A DNA stretch of 64,000 nucleotides from positions 7,130,001 through 7,194,000 of the forward strand of contig OZ024753.1 in NCBI GenBank assembly GCA_964016885.1. Direction: 5' to 3'. This stretch comes from Eledone cirrhosa (taxonomy: Eukaryota). Of the stretch, positions 1 to 12,905 are shown in pieces. Numbering within the stretch: the stretch's first letter is position 1; each line of letters starts with the position of its first letter. Both the position numbers and the translations under genes were made by a program. The notes under the pieces were generated by a model. That model saw only the letters and a program-made list of their open reading frames with translations. It had not been told where the DNA came from and did no database searches.

Positions 1-51
1 TATATATATATATATATATACACAAACAAACACAAACACACATACACACAT

Positions 52-126
<75 letters not shown>

Positions 127-416
127 TATACACACACACATATATATATACACACACAAACACATCCAGACTCCCTCGTGCTCAAACATGGATGTATGTA
201 CGTGTCGCACTATAGGTAAACAATTTTCTATTTTGTTTATTATAGTGATAGATCACCTAACTACTCTTGGGTGACTCGTCCAGTTATGTTAGCATCAATC
301 TCAATATCATACAGAATATATTTGTCGCCATTTTAGCATGCGATCTACAATCTGTCATGGCTTTATCTATATTTATTTCCTACCATTGCACATATCTGTA
401 TTGTCTCTATTGTCCT

Positions 417-484
<68 letters not shown>

Positions 485-586
485 CTAGTTGTATTATTAG
501 TAGTAGTAGTACTAGTAGTAGCAGTAGCAGTAGTAGTAGAAGTAGTAGTAGTAGTCGTAGAAGTAGTAGTAGTAGTAGTGATATTG

Positions 587-656
<70 letters not shown>

Positions 657-779
657 AAAGTAATAGTAGTAGTGGTAACAGTAGTAGTGGAAGTACTAGT
701 AGTGGTAGTAGTAGGAACAGTGGTAGTAGTAGCAGTAGTAACATCATTAGTAATAGTAGTAGTACTAATAGTAGTAATC

Positions 780-830
<51 letters not shown>
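417..830. repeat. (TAG)n/(AGT)n microsatellite, degenerate
   Basis: Direct trinucleotide run; explains the poly-V/S/T ORFs. Confidence 0.98.
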
Positions 831-831
831 A

Positions 832-1035
832 TATGAAATCATATCCGCTCTCTTGCTCTGGAACCCTGACTCCAGCCTGACTAGGAGTAGGAAGCTGTCA
901 TTCCCTGACGTTATCTCTAGGGATACGGGAATCAGTAGACAGGACCTGGGGGCAGCGATGGGGGACAGGGTATTCTGGGGCATGAGAGTGAGATCCATCA
1001 TCTCGACAGTAGTCGACGAGTGATGATGAGTAGTA
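832..1035 (+). mobile_element. RTE-clade LINE 3' fragment (ORF C-terminus), 5'-truncated
   Basis: Frame YEIISALLLWNPDSSLTRSRKLSFPDVISRDTGISRQDLGAAMGDRVFWGMRV..DE* (stop 1021-1023) matches the RTE C-terminal pattern LLW.P....R......D....DTG....L..AM.DR..W; short TGA/TAG tail. Confidence 0.75.
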
Positions 1036-1114
1036 ATATTTAATATTTTCCACACCATCATTACTAATATCTCCCTTTTCATTATATCCTTCATATTCCC
1101 AACTATCTATACAA

Positions 1115-1271
1115 AGGTAAATTCCGTTATAACGAAATTTACCGGGTATAAAAAAAATTCGTTGTACTGAAAAATTCTTTATAACGAGATCGACTTAACA
1201 CATCGAGCGTGTGGCCGAGCAATGAAAGAAATTTCGTTATAATGGTATTTGCTATAACCGAATTTTACCTG
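1115..1271. mobile_element. Tc1/mariner-pogo-type MITE family M1 (~165 bp)
   Basis: TIR (c)aggtaaattccgttataac / ctataaccgaattttacctg; homologues at 5515, 6520, 9061 and 32230. Confidence 0.75.
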
Positions 1272-1333
1272 CATTACTATTATTACTACTATTACTCTTC
1301 TTACTATTATTATTATTATTATTATTGAGCTGG

Positions 1334-1915
1334 ACTTTGCCTTTCATCCTTACGGGGTCGATAAAATAAAGTACCAGTAATACACTGGGTATCTGCAGCA
1401 TCGGTAGAGGGTCGGACGCCATGCTTTGACGTATAGAGTTACGGCCCTTGCCAATCTGAGTTCAAATCCCGCCGAGGTTAACTTTGCCTTTCATCCTTCC
1501 GGGATCGATAAAATAAAGTACCAGTAATGCACTGGTGTCGATTTAATCAACTTGCCGCTCCTCCAAAATTGCTGGCCTTGTGCCTATAGCAGTAATCATT
1601 ATTATTTTATATTATTAAAGTACCATAATAGGGCGGTGGATTGGCAGTATCGGTAGAGGGTTGGACGCCATGCTTTGCAGCATAGAGTTACGGTCCTTTA
1701 TGATCTGAGTTCAAATCCCGCCGAGGTTAACTTTGCCTTTCATCCTTACGGGGTCGATAAAATAAAGTATCAGTCACGCACTGGGGTCGATTTTATCGAC
1801 TTTGCCCTCCCCCTAAAATTGCTGGCTTTGTGCCTATAAAAAAAAAATATTATTAAAGTACCATAATGCACTGGAATAATTGCTGGCCTTGAGCAAAAGT
1901 AGAAACAATTATTAT
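1334..1915 (+). mobile_element. Cluster of tRNA-derived Nin/Deu-domain SINEs (family S1): partial 1334-1389, 1394-1600, full 1631-1838, 3' part 1856-1915
   Basis: Head ggcggtggattggcagtatcggtagag (A box), B box gagttcaaatcc, core gcctttcatccttacggggtcgataaaataaagtaccag, (ATT)n tail. Confidence 0.9.
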
Positions 1916-2570
1916 TTCATATTATATATTGTTTCATGTTTATTATCCTGTATTCACCAGTTTTATGCGTCTATCTACTGTATGACACGGACCCAGTGCA
2001 ACTTAACGTTTCCTAAGATGTGAAAATACATGTCTCTTGACGATGTAGAATTGTGTTCATATGCCACATCACTTTAGCATTGTTTGGGGAATTCGGTTCC
2101 ATTGTGTCGACTTTTATTTTATTTTAGTGTTTGTCTTGGCGTCTTAGTTTGTTTTACATAACATATGTTGAATGTATGATTCGTATTTTATGATGTATAA
2201 TGTTTTCTTTTTTTTATATTGTACGTATTATATGGTTGTGTTATACAAATGGTGGCAGGTGAGTCGAAAAGGATTTGGTGTTATAACTTCAGGTATTAAA
2301 GATATGATAGCTTTTATGTCTGAATTCATTCTGCGCTCGTTGTTTAAAGTATGGTATGTTATCTCTTTTTCGTGGCCATTGATCCGATGCATGTGTTCTT
2401 TTATGCAATAAATACTGCATAAGGTTATTTCAACTCAAACATCAGCTGCGAAATATCAAATGAGATCCTCATGTACTTATCACCAAATAAAACATAAAAT
2501 AGAATAAAAGGAGTATTTTCAGATTTGTGTAAATGTTTACACCATGGCACAGAAACTGTACTTAGAGGTG

Positions 2571-2664
<94 letters not shown>

Positions 2665-2669
2665 TATAT

Positions 2670-2850
2670 ACTATAAAGTATATCCATGGAATCATTTGAT
2701 AAAATATATACACCATTTCTTCTCCCAATTAGCATAATTAACCACACAAAAAATCAATTAGACCAGGCTATAAGATTAAAAGGCACCTATGAAGAAATAG
2801 TAAATACATAAACGATAGCAATCTCTTCGCGGCCAGCCACCATAGAGTTT
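2670..2850 (+). mobile_element. TA-flanked repeat fragment with an inverted homologue at 3760-3925 (probable PLE end)
   Basis: aaatcaattagaccaggctataaga..cctatgaagaaata has its reverse complement at ~3805-3865; both copies abut (TA)n. Confidence 0.55.
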
Positions 2851-3499
2851 TTACCCAACATTTCAACAGCATGTGGAAATGTATTAAATATACGGTCAAC
2901 CATACACAATTAGGTATAAAATTAAAGTTATAAATGCTTATATACATACCAGGAATATGTCCCTACGCTTGGGTTTCGTTCGCATTTTGATATATCCTAT
3001 TAAGGATAAAATCTTGAGCTTCGAACTCGTCAGGAAACAAACTCGTTAGGACAGATTATTTTCTAAAGTGGTCCCCGTCAAAGACAAATTCAAAATGGCT
3101 AAGAATCGTGACGTGGCAATGGTCAAGTCAGAAAGAATTTGATCGGTTGCTTACGGCACTGGGTTGGTTGCTAGAAAGCGCAGCCCAATATTGCCCAAAT
3201 TGCATCTCAACCTTATGGGAGATTATTAAATATAAAGATTTACATATACAAACTAAACAAAGTTACAGATAAATATGTGTTTTAGCAACCATTCACGATG
3301 TGGCTCAATGAAGAATTAATAAATTAAATAATCAGAGCAATATACTATAAAGTATGTCCATATAATCATATGTGTATGTATATGTGTATGTGTGTGTGTG
3401 TGTATGTGTGTGTGTGTGGGGGGGGTCTGATGGTAGCTAAGATGCTTCCATAGGTGGTATGCCGGTTGAGCACTCTATGCTCTTACAGAGCAGAGTATG

Positions 3500-3757
3500 A
3501 TAGAATAGAAAATGAAAAATAAATGATGCATCTGAACTCAATTTATTGTGTTACAATTGTTTCCCCGGCGGACAGGTCGATACGCGATCATTGTGTGGAT
3601 CTGTCTGATTCTGGACCCGCAGGTTCGACGGACACGTCTAGTGATTTCGGAGCATATTCTCTCAGAACATGCTCCGAAATCAGTCAGATCCACACAATGA
3701 TCCAGAAACAATAAATTGAGTTCAGATGCATCACTGATTTTTCGTTTTCTATTCTAT
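3500..3757. mobile_element. Nested fold-back element containing a degenerate hammerhead (minus strand 3548-3635)
   Basis: Three nested inverted-repeat pairs. Minus strand reads gtgt-ccgtcga-acctgcgg..ccgccggg-gaaa-caattg-ta-acac-aataaa. Confidence 0.65.
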
Positions 3758-3932
3758 ATATCTATTGGGGTGAACCGCGAAGAGGCCGCTTTCGGTTATT
3801 TATCAAATATTTCTTCATAGGAGCCTTTATTCTTATAGCCTGGTCTAATTGATTTTTTATATGGTTAATTGTGCTAATTGGGAGAGGAAATGGTATATAT
3901 TTTATCTAATAATTCTAAGGACATGATTTATG

Positions 3933-3998
<66 letters not shown>

Positions 3999-4000
<2 letters not shown>

Positions 4001-4183
4001 AACCAGTAAGACCCCGACAGCTGAGCTCAAGCCGTTTCGACGGCTAATTCTGAATTAGCCGTCGAAACGGCTTGAGCTCAGCTGTCGGGGTCTTACTGGT
4101 TCCTATTACCCACTCTACTACCTCAAGTATTGAGTACTTTGGTGCGTTATGGTCCACCTGGTTCCTTACCACTTTTCCTTCGT
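3999..4183 (+). mobile_element. Fold-back family A (PLE-end derived): perfect 105-bp palindrome plus 80-nt tail, in (TA)n
   Basis: 3999-4103 palindromic about T4051; carries HHR 3' half gaaa-cggc-ttgagctca-gctg-tc-gggg; (TA)n on both sides. Confidence 0.85.
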
Positions 4184-4215
<32 letters not shown>

Positions 4216-4313
4216 TATATACATTTTGAATTCATTTCTGGCTGCGATCACTGTAGAAATTTTAGTCCAAAATTGGGTATATTTTATTTTATCTAACTAT
4301 TCTTCAAACTTCC

Positions 4314-4383
<70 letters not shown>

Positions 4384-4417
4384 TATATAAAACATATATA
4401 ATATAATATATATATAA

Positions 4418-4486
4418 AACAAAGGAATTGTGGCAAGGAACCAAATGGACTATAACGCAGCTCTGCCGTCGGTGTCATACTTTTTC

Positions 4487-4490
<4 letters not shown>
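4418..4490. mobile_element. Family A, internally deleted inverted form
   Basis: Antisense tail end (aacaaaggaattgtgg..aacgca) joined to sense gctctgccgtcgg..ttcc; TA-flanked. Confidence 0.75.
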
Positions 4491-4572
<82 letters not shown>

Positions 4573-4645
4573 GTATATATATGTATATATATGTATATAT
4601 ATATATATATGTATGCATATATGTGTATATATATATATATATATA

Positions 4646-4847
4646 GTAATAATAATAAATTTGAAGACTAAAATCCAAAGAGAGCTCGATAAGGATAAAT
4701 ATATATCAAATATATAAGAACCGTAGAGCAAATATTTATTAAAATAACAGATTAAAGTTTAAGCAAAGAATCGCCGCTTTCACCCTTAACGGGATCTTTA
4801 AGGGTGAAAGCAGCGATTCTTTGCTTAAACTTTAATCTGTTATTTTA

Positions 4848-4853
<6 letters not shown>
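4646..4853 (-). mobile_element. Fold-back family B (palindrome 4734-4853 plus ~88-nt tail), in (TA)n
   Basis: Arms atttattaaaataacag..cacccttaa / ttaagggtg..ttttaataaat with an 8-nt loop; HHR 3' half gaaa-gca..tgc-tt-aaac. Confidence 0.8.
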
Positions 4854-4916
<63 letters not shown>

Positions 4917-5269
4917 GGTCACAGAATGTGTGACGAAAGAACTTTGACAATATATGAACAACCGCCCGGTTGTGGAACCAACCAACCAACCGGAAATTTA
5001 TAAATTCTTAAATTTATAAATTTAACTTATAATAAATTGGAGTGAAAGTGACTGGTGCGTGTGTTTCTATTGGCAACATGGGCCTCCCAAAGCATAACAA
5101 TATATAGATATATATAGATATATATAAATCAATTGACAAACAAAATGGTACATGCTTGTCAGTTCATTAAGAGCGTCTAAATATAATTTTAAAAAAAGAG
5201 GGAGCATCCATCTTGTGCGAAAGGGCATCCAATTATATATATTATAATTAATAATTTAGCGTTAAAAAA

Positions 5270-5393
5270 GTCAGAAAAAATCGCGGAAGATATGTACGAT
5301 TCCGCGAATATGCGGTGGTTTCCACGAACAATTATTAGTTTGGTTCTAAAGAAAATGACGTGAATAACCGGGACCGCGAATGCCGGCAGTACA

Positions 5394-5398
<5 letters not shown>
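5270..5398. mobile_element. Possible Tc1/pogo MITE end
   Basis: Ends ..ccgcgaatgccggcagtacaatg-ta with an internal ccgcgaat repeat; only one terminus seen. Confidence 0.35.
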
Positions 5399-5430
<32 letters not shown>

Positions 5431-5432
<2 letters not shown>

Positions 5433-5488
5433 AACGAGTAGGACCCCGACGGCTGAGCTCAAGCCGTTTCGACGGCTAATTCTGGACT
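5431..5488 (-). mobile_element. Family A, short arm only
   Basis: ggaacgagtaggaccccgacggctgagctcaagccgtttcgacggctaattctggact immediately after (TA)n. Confidence 0.8.
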
Positions 5489-5514
5489 AAAAAAAAATTA
5501 TATATATATATATA

Positions 5515-5686
5515 CAGGTAAAATTCCGTTATAACGAATACTATTATAACGAATTTTTCCGTATAACGAAATTTGTTTCAATCTCGGCCACATGCTTAAT
5601 GCATTAAGTCGATATCGTTATAAAGTTTTTTCGTTACAACGAATTTTTTTAACCCCCGTGAATTTCGTTATAACGGAATTTTAATG
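5515..5686. mobile_element. MITE family M1 (opposite orientation)
   Basis: ta-caggtaaaattccgttataacg ... cgttataacggaattttaatg. Confidence 0.8.
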
Positions 5687-6117
5687 TCGATACATATGTA
5701 TATATGAAACTACATTGTGTTTAACTGCAGAGGAAACTACATTGTTACCACATTCACAATCGCCTGTTGCCTCGGTTTCAAATATGTTTACAATTACGAG
5801 CTTGTATGACTAAAAAATTACGCTTACATCCTCTCGTTTAATAACATCTACAGAGCACAATTTATTATAATCTCTTCAAATTATTTGAACGCTAATATGT
5901 TGATAATGTCGGCTAACTAAGCATTAACGCATCTACTGAGTGTTACAGACAGGTTTATGTATGTGTGTATAGACAGAATATTTGAACGAAACAGACTATT
6001 TTAAATGCTTATAGTCTCAGTTTAACTCTCATAAAACATTTTGCACTTTACGATCAAAAAAGTCCCAGAACCGTGTTTTTACTACGCACAGTTTATCTTG
6101 CACTACATCATCTAAAG

Positions 6118-6436
6118 CAGGGGTGTGCAACATATTCCATTGGCAGGCCATTTTTGAACATTGGAACAATTATTAGGGCCAACAATATTTATTATGCACT
6201 ATTCCAAAGATTCACCACAGCTTCTTTCCATAACATGGAACTGGGAAATTATAACACGCATAACCCTATCAGTGAAGCCCTTTAGTATAGGTCTACTAAC
6301 AGAAAATTGTATTACATTTACAGATAAAATAGTAAATAAGCATACAAGGTAAAAATTAAAAATGGTCATCGCGGGCCACTCTGACTGGTCTAGCGGGCCT
6401 GATTCTCGCCCGTGGGCCGCCTGTTGCACGCCCCTG
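6118..6436. mobile_element. hAT (Charlie-like) MITE family M2
   Basis: TIR caggggtgtgcaac / gttgcacgcccctg; imperfect 8-bp TSD atctaaag/gtctaaac; second copy at 45003. Confidence 0.85.
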
Positions 6437-6574
6437 GTCTAAACCGTTTCTGTTTTTTTTTTTTGTTTTCTTTTGAGGGGTGAGAGTCATGAACAGTATA
6501 AAGTTAAAAATTGTGTTATACTGAAAAATTCGTTATAATGGTATTCGTCATAACGGAATATTACCTGTATTCAG

Positions 6575-7075
6575 CTGTACAGGTCAGGCCACTCTTAAGT
6601 GCTACTGGTAGCATGTAACCCAGTACAACCTGTCGCATTGTCGGGTCGTCGGCGACTAAACCGGCAACCCCACCAAGTTTACTTGGTGAGGAGGGTGATT
6701 TTGGACACCCTGCAGGACAAAAAGCAAAACCTGACAAAGGGCGAAAGAACTCATAAGAGTCAACAACCATCTAAAAAAAAAGAAAAAACAATCCTGCCAA
6801 ATCAATGGGTGGCAGTAGTTCAAGCTGCACACATTGAAAGACTGGTGTAGTGGTTCTGAGAACAATGAGGCACACACCAAAAGACTGGTGTAGTGGTTCT
6901 GAAAACAATGAGGCTTTGCAGATGATCAATGCAAATTGATAATGGAATGGCATTGCCGCTCGAGTTAGAAGAGAACTATTGACCTTCAGGAGAAGCAGTG
7001 ACCCCTGATTGTATTCAGCAACTGAAACAAATATGAAGTACACCAAATCCAATGCTCCTAGGGGTGGCCCTGGTT
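6575..7075 (+). mobile_element. 5' region of an RTE-related element
   Basis: 6713-6770 matches 52977-53037 (caggac.aaaa.caaaacctg.caaagggc...taagagtcaac); internal 42-bp duplication at 6836-6914. Confidence 0.5.
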
Positions 7076-7177
7076 CTTCTTATTTGTGAGTGTAAACTTG
7101 GCTAGATTAGATTAGATTAGATTAGATTAGATATATAATGGTGTATACATAATAATGTGTATATAATGGTGTATATA

Positions 7178-7275
7178 TAATTGTTTCTACTTTTGGCACA
7201 AGGCCGGCTATTAGCCCAGTGTATTACTGGTACTTTACTTTATCGACCCGGTAAGGATGAAAGGCAAAGTTAACC
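7178..7275 (-). mobile_element. SINE S1 3' fragment
   Basis: Reverse S1 core and tail; flanked by duplicated gagtgtaaacttggc.agattaga. Confidence 0.85.
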
Positions 7276-8009
7276 GAGTGTAAACTTGGCCAGATTAGAG
7301 ATTAGATCTGCGATACATTACCTGTATCCTTATTTAGTAAGGAAGGTTCTTTTCGTTTTACTGTTAACTTCTATTTAATAAATAGACAATAGAGATCATG
7401 ATTAATCTAGGCACATTTTAGTAGTGATTAAAATCACAATTATACACAGCTGGTGATTTTTTAAAGAATGTTTTCTATTAAAAACACCAATTGTATAAAA
7501 TCGCACATATTTCGTTATCGTGTGAAACATGCTGAGAGTGTCTGAAGTACTCCTTGCCTTACTTTCGTATGTATGCATATCAGATAATATGCAGCGTTTA
7601 TGTGCGTATATAGAATTATTCCTATATATACTGATCTGCATTCTGCAGCTTAACCTTTTCCAGAATATGTTATAATGCTAGTGGGTATTTGCACAGATCC
7701 AAATAGCAATCTGTCATAAACTGTTGCTATGTATATATATATAAGTATCCTTATATGAACACAACTATCAAGGTATGAATGCTTGTATTTATACATATTT
7801 AGACAACCATTGTTGCACGAATACTAATATTGTTTGTAACTTCTATGACGTAAGTTACTCTCAAGCTAGCAATTCCACTATAGAAGTTAAGAAACACATT
7901 TTTATCTTTTGCCGTTTAACCTTTTGTGCTTTTATTCGGAAAGAGATGTATGATTAATTATCAATTTTAATTTACAACATGGGAACAATCACACACACAC
8001 ACTCACACA

Positions 8010-8059
<50 letters not shown>

Positions 8060-8063
8060 AACA

Positions 8064-8119
<56 letters not shown>

Positions 8120-8247
8120 TACACACACAACGGCGGAAACATTTTTTCAGTCTTTGACGGTTTACACCCTGTTTTATAAGCTATCTTATAGCATCTTCCC
8201 GAGTGAGCATACCTGTCTGTATATCAGATAAATACAATATATATCAG

Positions 8248-8716
<469 letters not shown>

Positions 8717-8883
8717 GTGTGTGTGTGTGGCAAGTGAGAAGTAGCAATCTGTAAAACTAAAATCAAGATAAAACACAACAGCGCAATAAGTGCAAAATGA
8801 AAGTACTAATGAACAAATAAATAAATAAACAGACAACGACACGTTATATACACCGCAGCAGAAAAAAATTAACTTCCTCCCAT

Positions 8884-8974
<91 letters not shown>

Positions 8975-8988
8975 ATGTGTGTGCGTGC

Positions 8989-9053
<65 letters not shown>

Positions 9054-9060
9054 ATATATA

Positions 9061-9230
9061 CAGTGAAATTCCGTTATAACGAAATGCACCGAGCATAAAA
9101 AAAATTCGTTGTAATGAAAACATCTTTATAACGAGATCGACTTAACACATCGAGCGTATGGCCGGGGATTGAAAACAATTTCGTTATACTGATAAATTCG
9201 TTATAATCGTATTTGTTATATCGGAATTAT
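9061..9230. mobile_element. MITE family M1
   Basis: ta-cagtgaaattccgttataacg; body colinear with 1115-1271. Confidence 0.8.
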
Positions 9231-9265
9231 ATATATATACATACATACACACACACACACACATT

Positions 9266-9329
<64 letters not shown>

Positions 9330-9581
9330 TATATAGTTTTATATATATATTTCTAGCTTTCTTTCTCTCTCTCTCTCTTTATATATATATATATATATAT
9401 ATATTTACATAGAGCACTCTTCATTTCTATGACCTTTTCTGTTTCCAACTGAAATGTCAATACTTATAAAGCTCCCAAAGGAATGATCGTAGCATATTCT
9501 ACATAGTTATGAGATTGGCACCTTCCAGCCCTTTTTAAGTCGAGCACTCTTCAGTCATAGGATTTTAAACCAATACCAAAT

Positions 9582-9660
9582 ATGGACAAATACCCTTTGG
9601 ACTACTCTGTAAAGAATATCCCAACACCTTCTAACACTCTCTACACGAAAATACTATTTC
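9582..9660 (+). pseudogene. N-terminal fragment of a Penelope-like (Neptune-type) ORF
   Basis: MDKYPLDYSVKNIPTPSNTLYTKIL resembles the YS.KNIP.P....Y N-terminus recalled for Neptune-group PLEs; HHR lies ~75 bp downstream. Confidence 0.6.
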
Positions 9661-9735
9661 ATTTATCTATATATTTTTTTTTTTTTTTTTAAATTTTCTT
9701 GATGTGTTTTTCTAAGTATTTGCCCATGTTTTATA

Positions 9736-9811
9736 TTGCCTCGTCTGACGAACGAATGAAGTCGTTTATTTCGTATTCGCCTCATTCGGGAAACCTCTGG
9801 TAATGAGGTAA
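9736..9811 (+). ncRNA. Type I hammerhead ribozyme
   Basis: ttgcctcgt-CTGACGA-acgaatga..tcattcgg-GAAA-cctctg-GTA-atgaggtaa; all three stems pair. Confidence 0.85.
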
Positions 9812-10355
9812 TTATATTGTATTGATTTTATACATTATATATATATATATATACAGAAAGAGAGAGAGAGTGAGTGAGAGAGAGAGATAGAGAGAGAGAG
9901 AGAAAAAGAAAGACAGAAAGAAAGATAGAAAGAAAGAGAGAAAGAAAGAGAGAGAGAAAGAAAGAAAGAAAGAAAGAGAGCGTTACATAGATAGATAAAA
10001 AGTCATTTAGTTGAAAGTAAGAAATATGATGACAATTTAGCAAAAAGGACTGAACTCTTCTCATCTGTCAGATTTAATTACACCTCTTATTGTTAAGATA
10101 AAAACAACTAAGAATGACTGTTGGTGTTAGTGACAAGGGGATAACTCTTTCGCTCTTCGCTCCCCGCCATTTTTTTTTCCATTATTCTTTACTTCTTTCG
10201 TATTTTATGATTATTTTTTATTATAATTTCTTTGTTCGACAACTTTTTTCTCTCGTTTATATCATATATACTTTAGGCGAATATGTTTCTGTCATATTAT
10301 ATATATATATATATACGTCGTGTAGACGCGTTCGTGAGACTAGTAAAATGAGGTA

Positions 10356-10443
10356 TCCTCTTGATAAGTTGGCAGACCTCGCAAGGACTCTATATCTTTG
10401 ATATATTGTTTTTGTTTATGCCACGAAACTACGTAGTCGAGGA
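10356..10443 (+). ncRNA. Degenerate type I hammerhead
   Basis: tcctc-TTGATAA-gttggca..tgccac-GAAA-ctacgta-GTC-gagga; core U3/A8; palindromic stem III. Confidence 0.7.
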
Positions 10444-10674
10444 ATTTAGGAGCAGTTTGGGTATGATACATTTTATTACTAATTATATCTAAATGTTTCT
10501 TCTCTCTTCATAATGTATTTTTAACTCTGATACTGGTTCAGTCTGGTTCAAACTGAATTGGTCTGTCCCAGTCATTCATTGAGCAACATCGGTGAAGTTG
10601 GCACCCTTAACTCACAGTTGGGTGCGGATGCATTCATGTATATATGTGTGTGTCCGCATGTATCTGTGTGTTTC

Positions 10675-10726
<52 letters not shown>

Positions 10727-11016
10727 GTGTGTGTGTTGTTGTTTTATTTTTATTTTCGTTGTTGTTATTTTTTTTGTTGTTATTGTTTCATCGTGGTCTA
10801 TTAAACAGAGACATCGAATGTATGGTTGCTCGTTTTTCCTCTCATCATTTTATGGTTTCAACACTCATCAATATTTCTTAGAAACTTTATATTGTAATAA
10901 TGTAATATATTATAAACACATATGCATACACAGATACACGTATGTACATACATGCACACGCACACACACATACAAGCGCATACATATATACCTATCGCCA
11001 CTCTCTCTCTCTCTAA

Positions 11017-11094
<78 letters not shown>

Positions 11095-11098
<4 letters not shown>

Positions 11099-11513
11099 AA
11101 ATGTGTGTAATCCTTGGTACAGTTAGGTATATTAAGACAGCGGGGAAGAAAAAATGGCTTCACTTGTGCTTTCAACAAATTTATTTTCTTCACAAAATCC
11201 AAAAAGAATTTTTCTTAAAAAAAATTATTTTATAAATTAAGTTGTTGGTTGTTGGTTAGGTCTTAGGAGTTCTTGGTTAACGTAGGAGGTAACACACCAC
11301 ATACACATCAGTTTGACAAGCGCACCTCAGCGTGAAAGGTCTTTCTAAAAACGAAACAATACCTCCTACGTTAACCAAGAACTCCTAAGACCTAACCAAC
11401 AACTAACAACTTAATTTATAAAATAATTTTTTTTAAGAAAAATTATTTTTGGATTTTGTGAAGAAAATAAATTTGTTGAAAGCACAAGTGAAGCCATTTT
11501 TTCTTCCCCCTGT

Positions 11514-11517
<4 letters not shown>
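11095..11517. mobile_element. Fold-back family D: ~155-bp inverted arms (11137-11291 / 11361-11517), ~70-bp spacer, tail on the left, in (TA)n
   Basis: Near-perfect reverse complement; TA on both sides. Confidence 0.75.
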
Positions 11518-11580
<63 letters not shown>

Positions 11581-11586
<6 letters not shown>

Positions 11587-11780
11587 AAGAAAGTATGGTA
11601 AGAAACCAAGTGGACCACGACGCACCAGAGTACTCGATACTTAGGGTAGTAGAGTGGGTGATAGGAAAAGAGTCAGGACCCCAACGGCTGAGCTCCGGCC
11701 GTTTCGACAGCTAGACAGGAACAGTTTGGATCTAGCTATCAAAAGGGCCGGAGCTCAGCCGTCGGAGTTCTGACACTTTT

Positions 11781-11782
<2 letters not shown>
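11581..11782 (-). mobile_element. Family A, diverged subfamily fold-back
   Basis: Same tail, arm and ttcc|tata end; longer loop. Confidence 0.8.
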
Positions 11783-11841
<59 letters not shown>

Positions 11842-11854
11842 ATACTTTGGGAAG

Positions 11855-11900
<46 letters not shown>

Positions 11901-11909
11901 AAACTCATC

Positions 11910-12600
11910 CCTAGAACAGAACAGTCGTTAAAACAGCTAATGCCGTCCAAGACATCGGTGGACAAAAATGCCTCAGAAGACAGAGACCAGTGTCCAGTGG
12001 TCAACGGAGAGATAATCTACAAGGTGGGGGGGGAGGGAGGCAGATGAAATATAGAAAACATTGAAAGAGGAGGAGGCCAGGCGAAGTGTACTGGCGCACA
12101 GAAGTGACAGGAAGAAGGAAATAAAAAAGGCAATGTACAAGGCAACTTTACACACACACACATCTTCACCTACATCAGCTCTCAAACCAGCGAAATGGTT
12201 TCGCACGATTTAATTCATAGTACCATTTTAAAATGCTGGATCGTGAAACAGAAAAGAAAATCAATCTTTCTGCTGGTATGATGTGTGTGAGATAAAACAA
12301 ACACCGCAAACATAAAGACAAAATAAAACAAACAAAACAAAATAATGGGATAGTGTACATCAATATGTGGTGTCTGTCTGAAATAGAAAGCTAATCATAG
12401 CTATGGTAAAGTATAAACAGTGTTGTCTCTGACTGAAACGAATCGAGAGTGTATTTGAATACGTAGAAAAATAAGAAAACTTATCGCTAGAAAAGCCATT
12501 AAAACAGCTAAATGCTGTCAAAGACAGCGATGGATAAAATACCTCAGAGGACAAAGACCAGCAGAGAGTGGTCAACAGTGAGACAATCCACAAGGTTGGT
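11910..12600. repeat. Diverged ~120-bp direct repeats (11910-12026 / 12486-12599) in a TA-flanked island
   Basis: ttaaaacagcta..cctcaga..agaccag..agtggtcaac..acaaggt occurs twice, ~575 bp apart. Confidence 0.6.
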
Positions 12601-12719
12601 GACAGGCGACGTACAAGATAAGTTTACACAAAGAGACAACATTGTTTTATATATATAAATATATATATATAAATAAAAAGGATCGATCGTCTTTCGTCAA
12701 ATCGGACCGAGGAAACAAT

Positions 12720-12885
12720 CTTTCCAGTTGCTAATACTACCTATCGGTCGCAACTCCAGCTAGAAGGGTCAACGTGAAATAAAGTGTCTTGCTCAAGGAC
12801 ATAACGCATCGCCCGATCCAGGAATCGAACTCACAACCTCAAGATTGTGAATCCAATTCTCTAACCACTTAGCCACACGCCTTCA
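12720..12885 (-). mobile_element. Second tRNA-derived SINE family (S2, CORE/V-like centre)
   Basis: Minus strand tgaaggcgtgtggctaagtggttagag..gagttcgattcc..tgtccttgagcaagacact. Confidence 0.8.
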
Positions 12886-12905
12886 ATACATACATACATA
12901 CATAC

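Noticed and set aside
4950-5030. Hammerhead-like stem II-GAAA-stem III
   Set aside because: No CUGANGA core or stem I found
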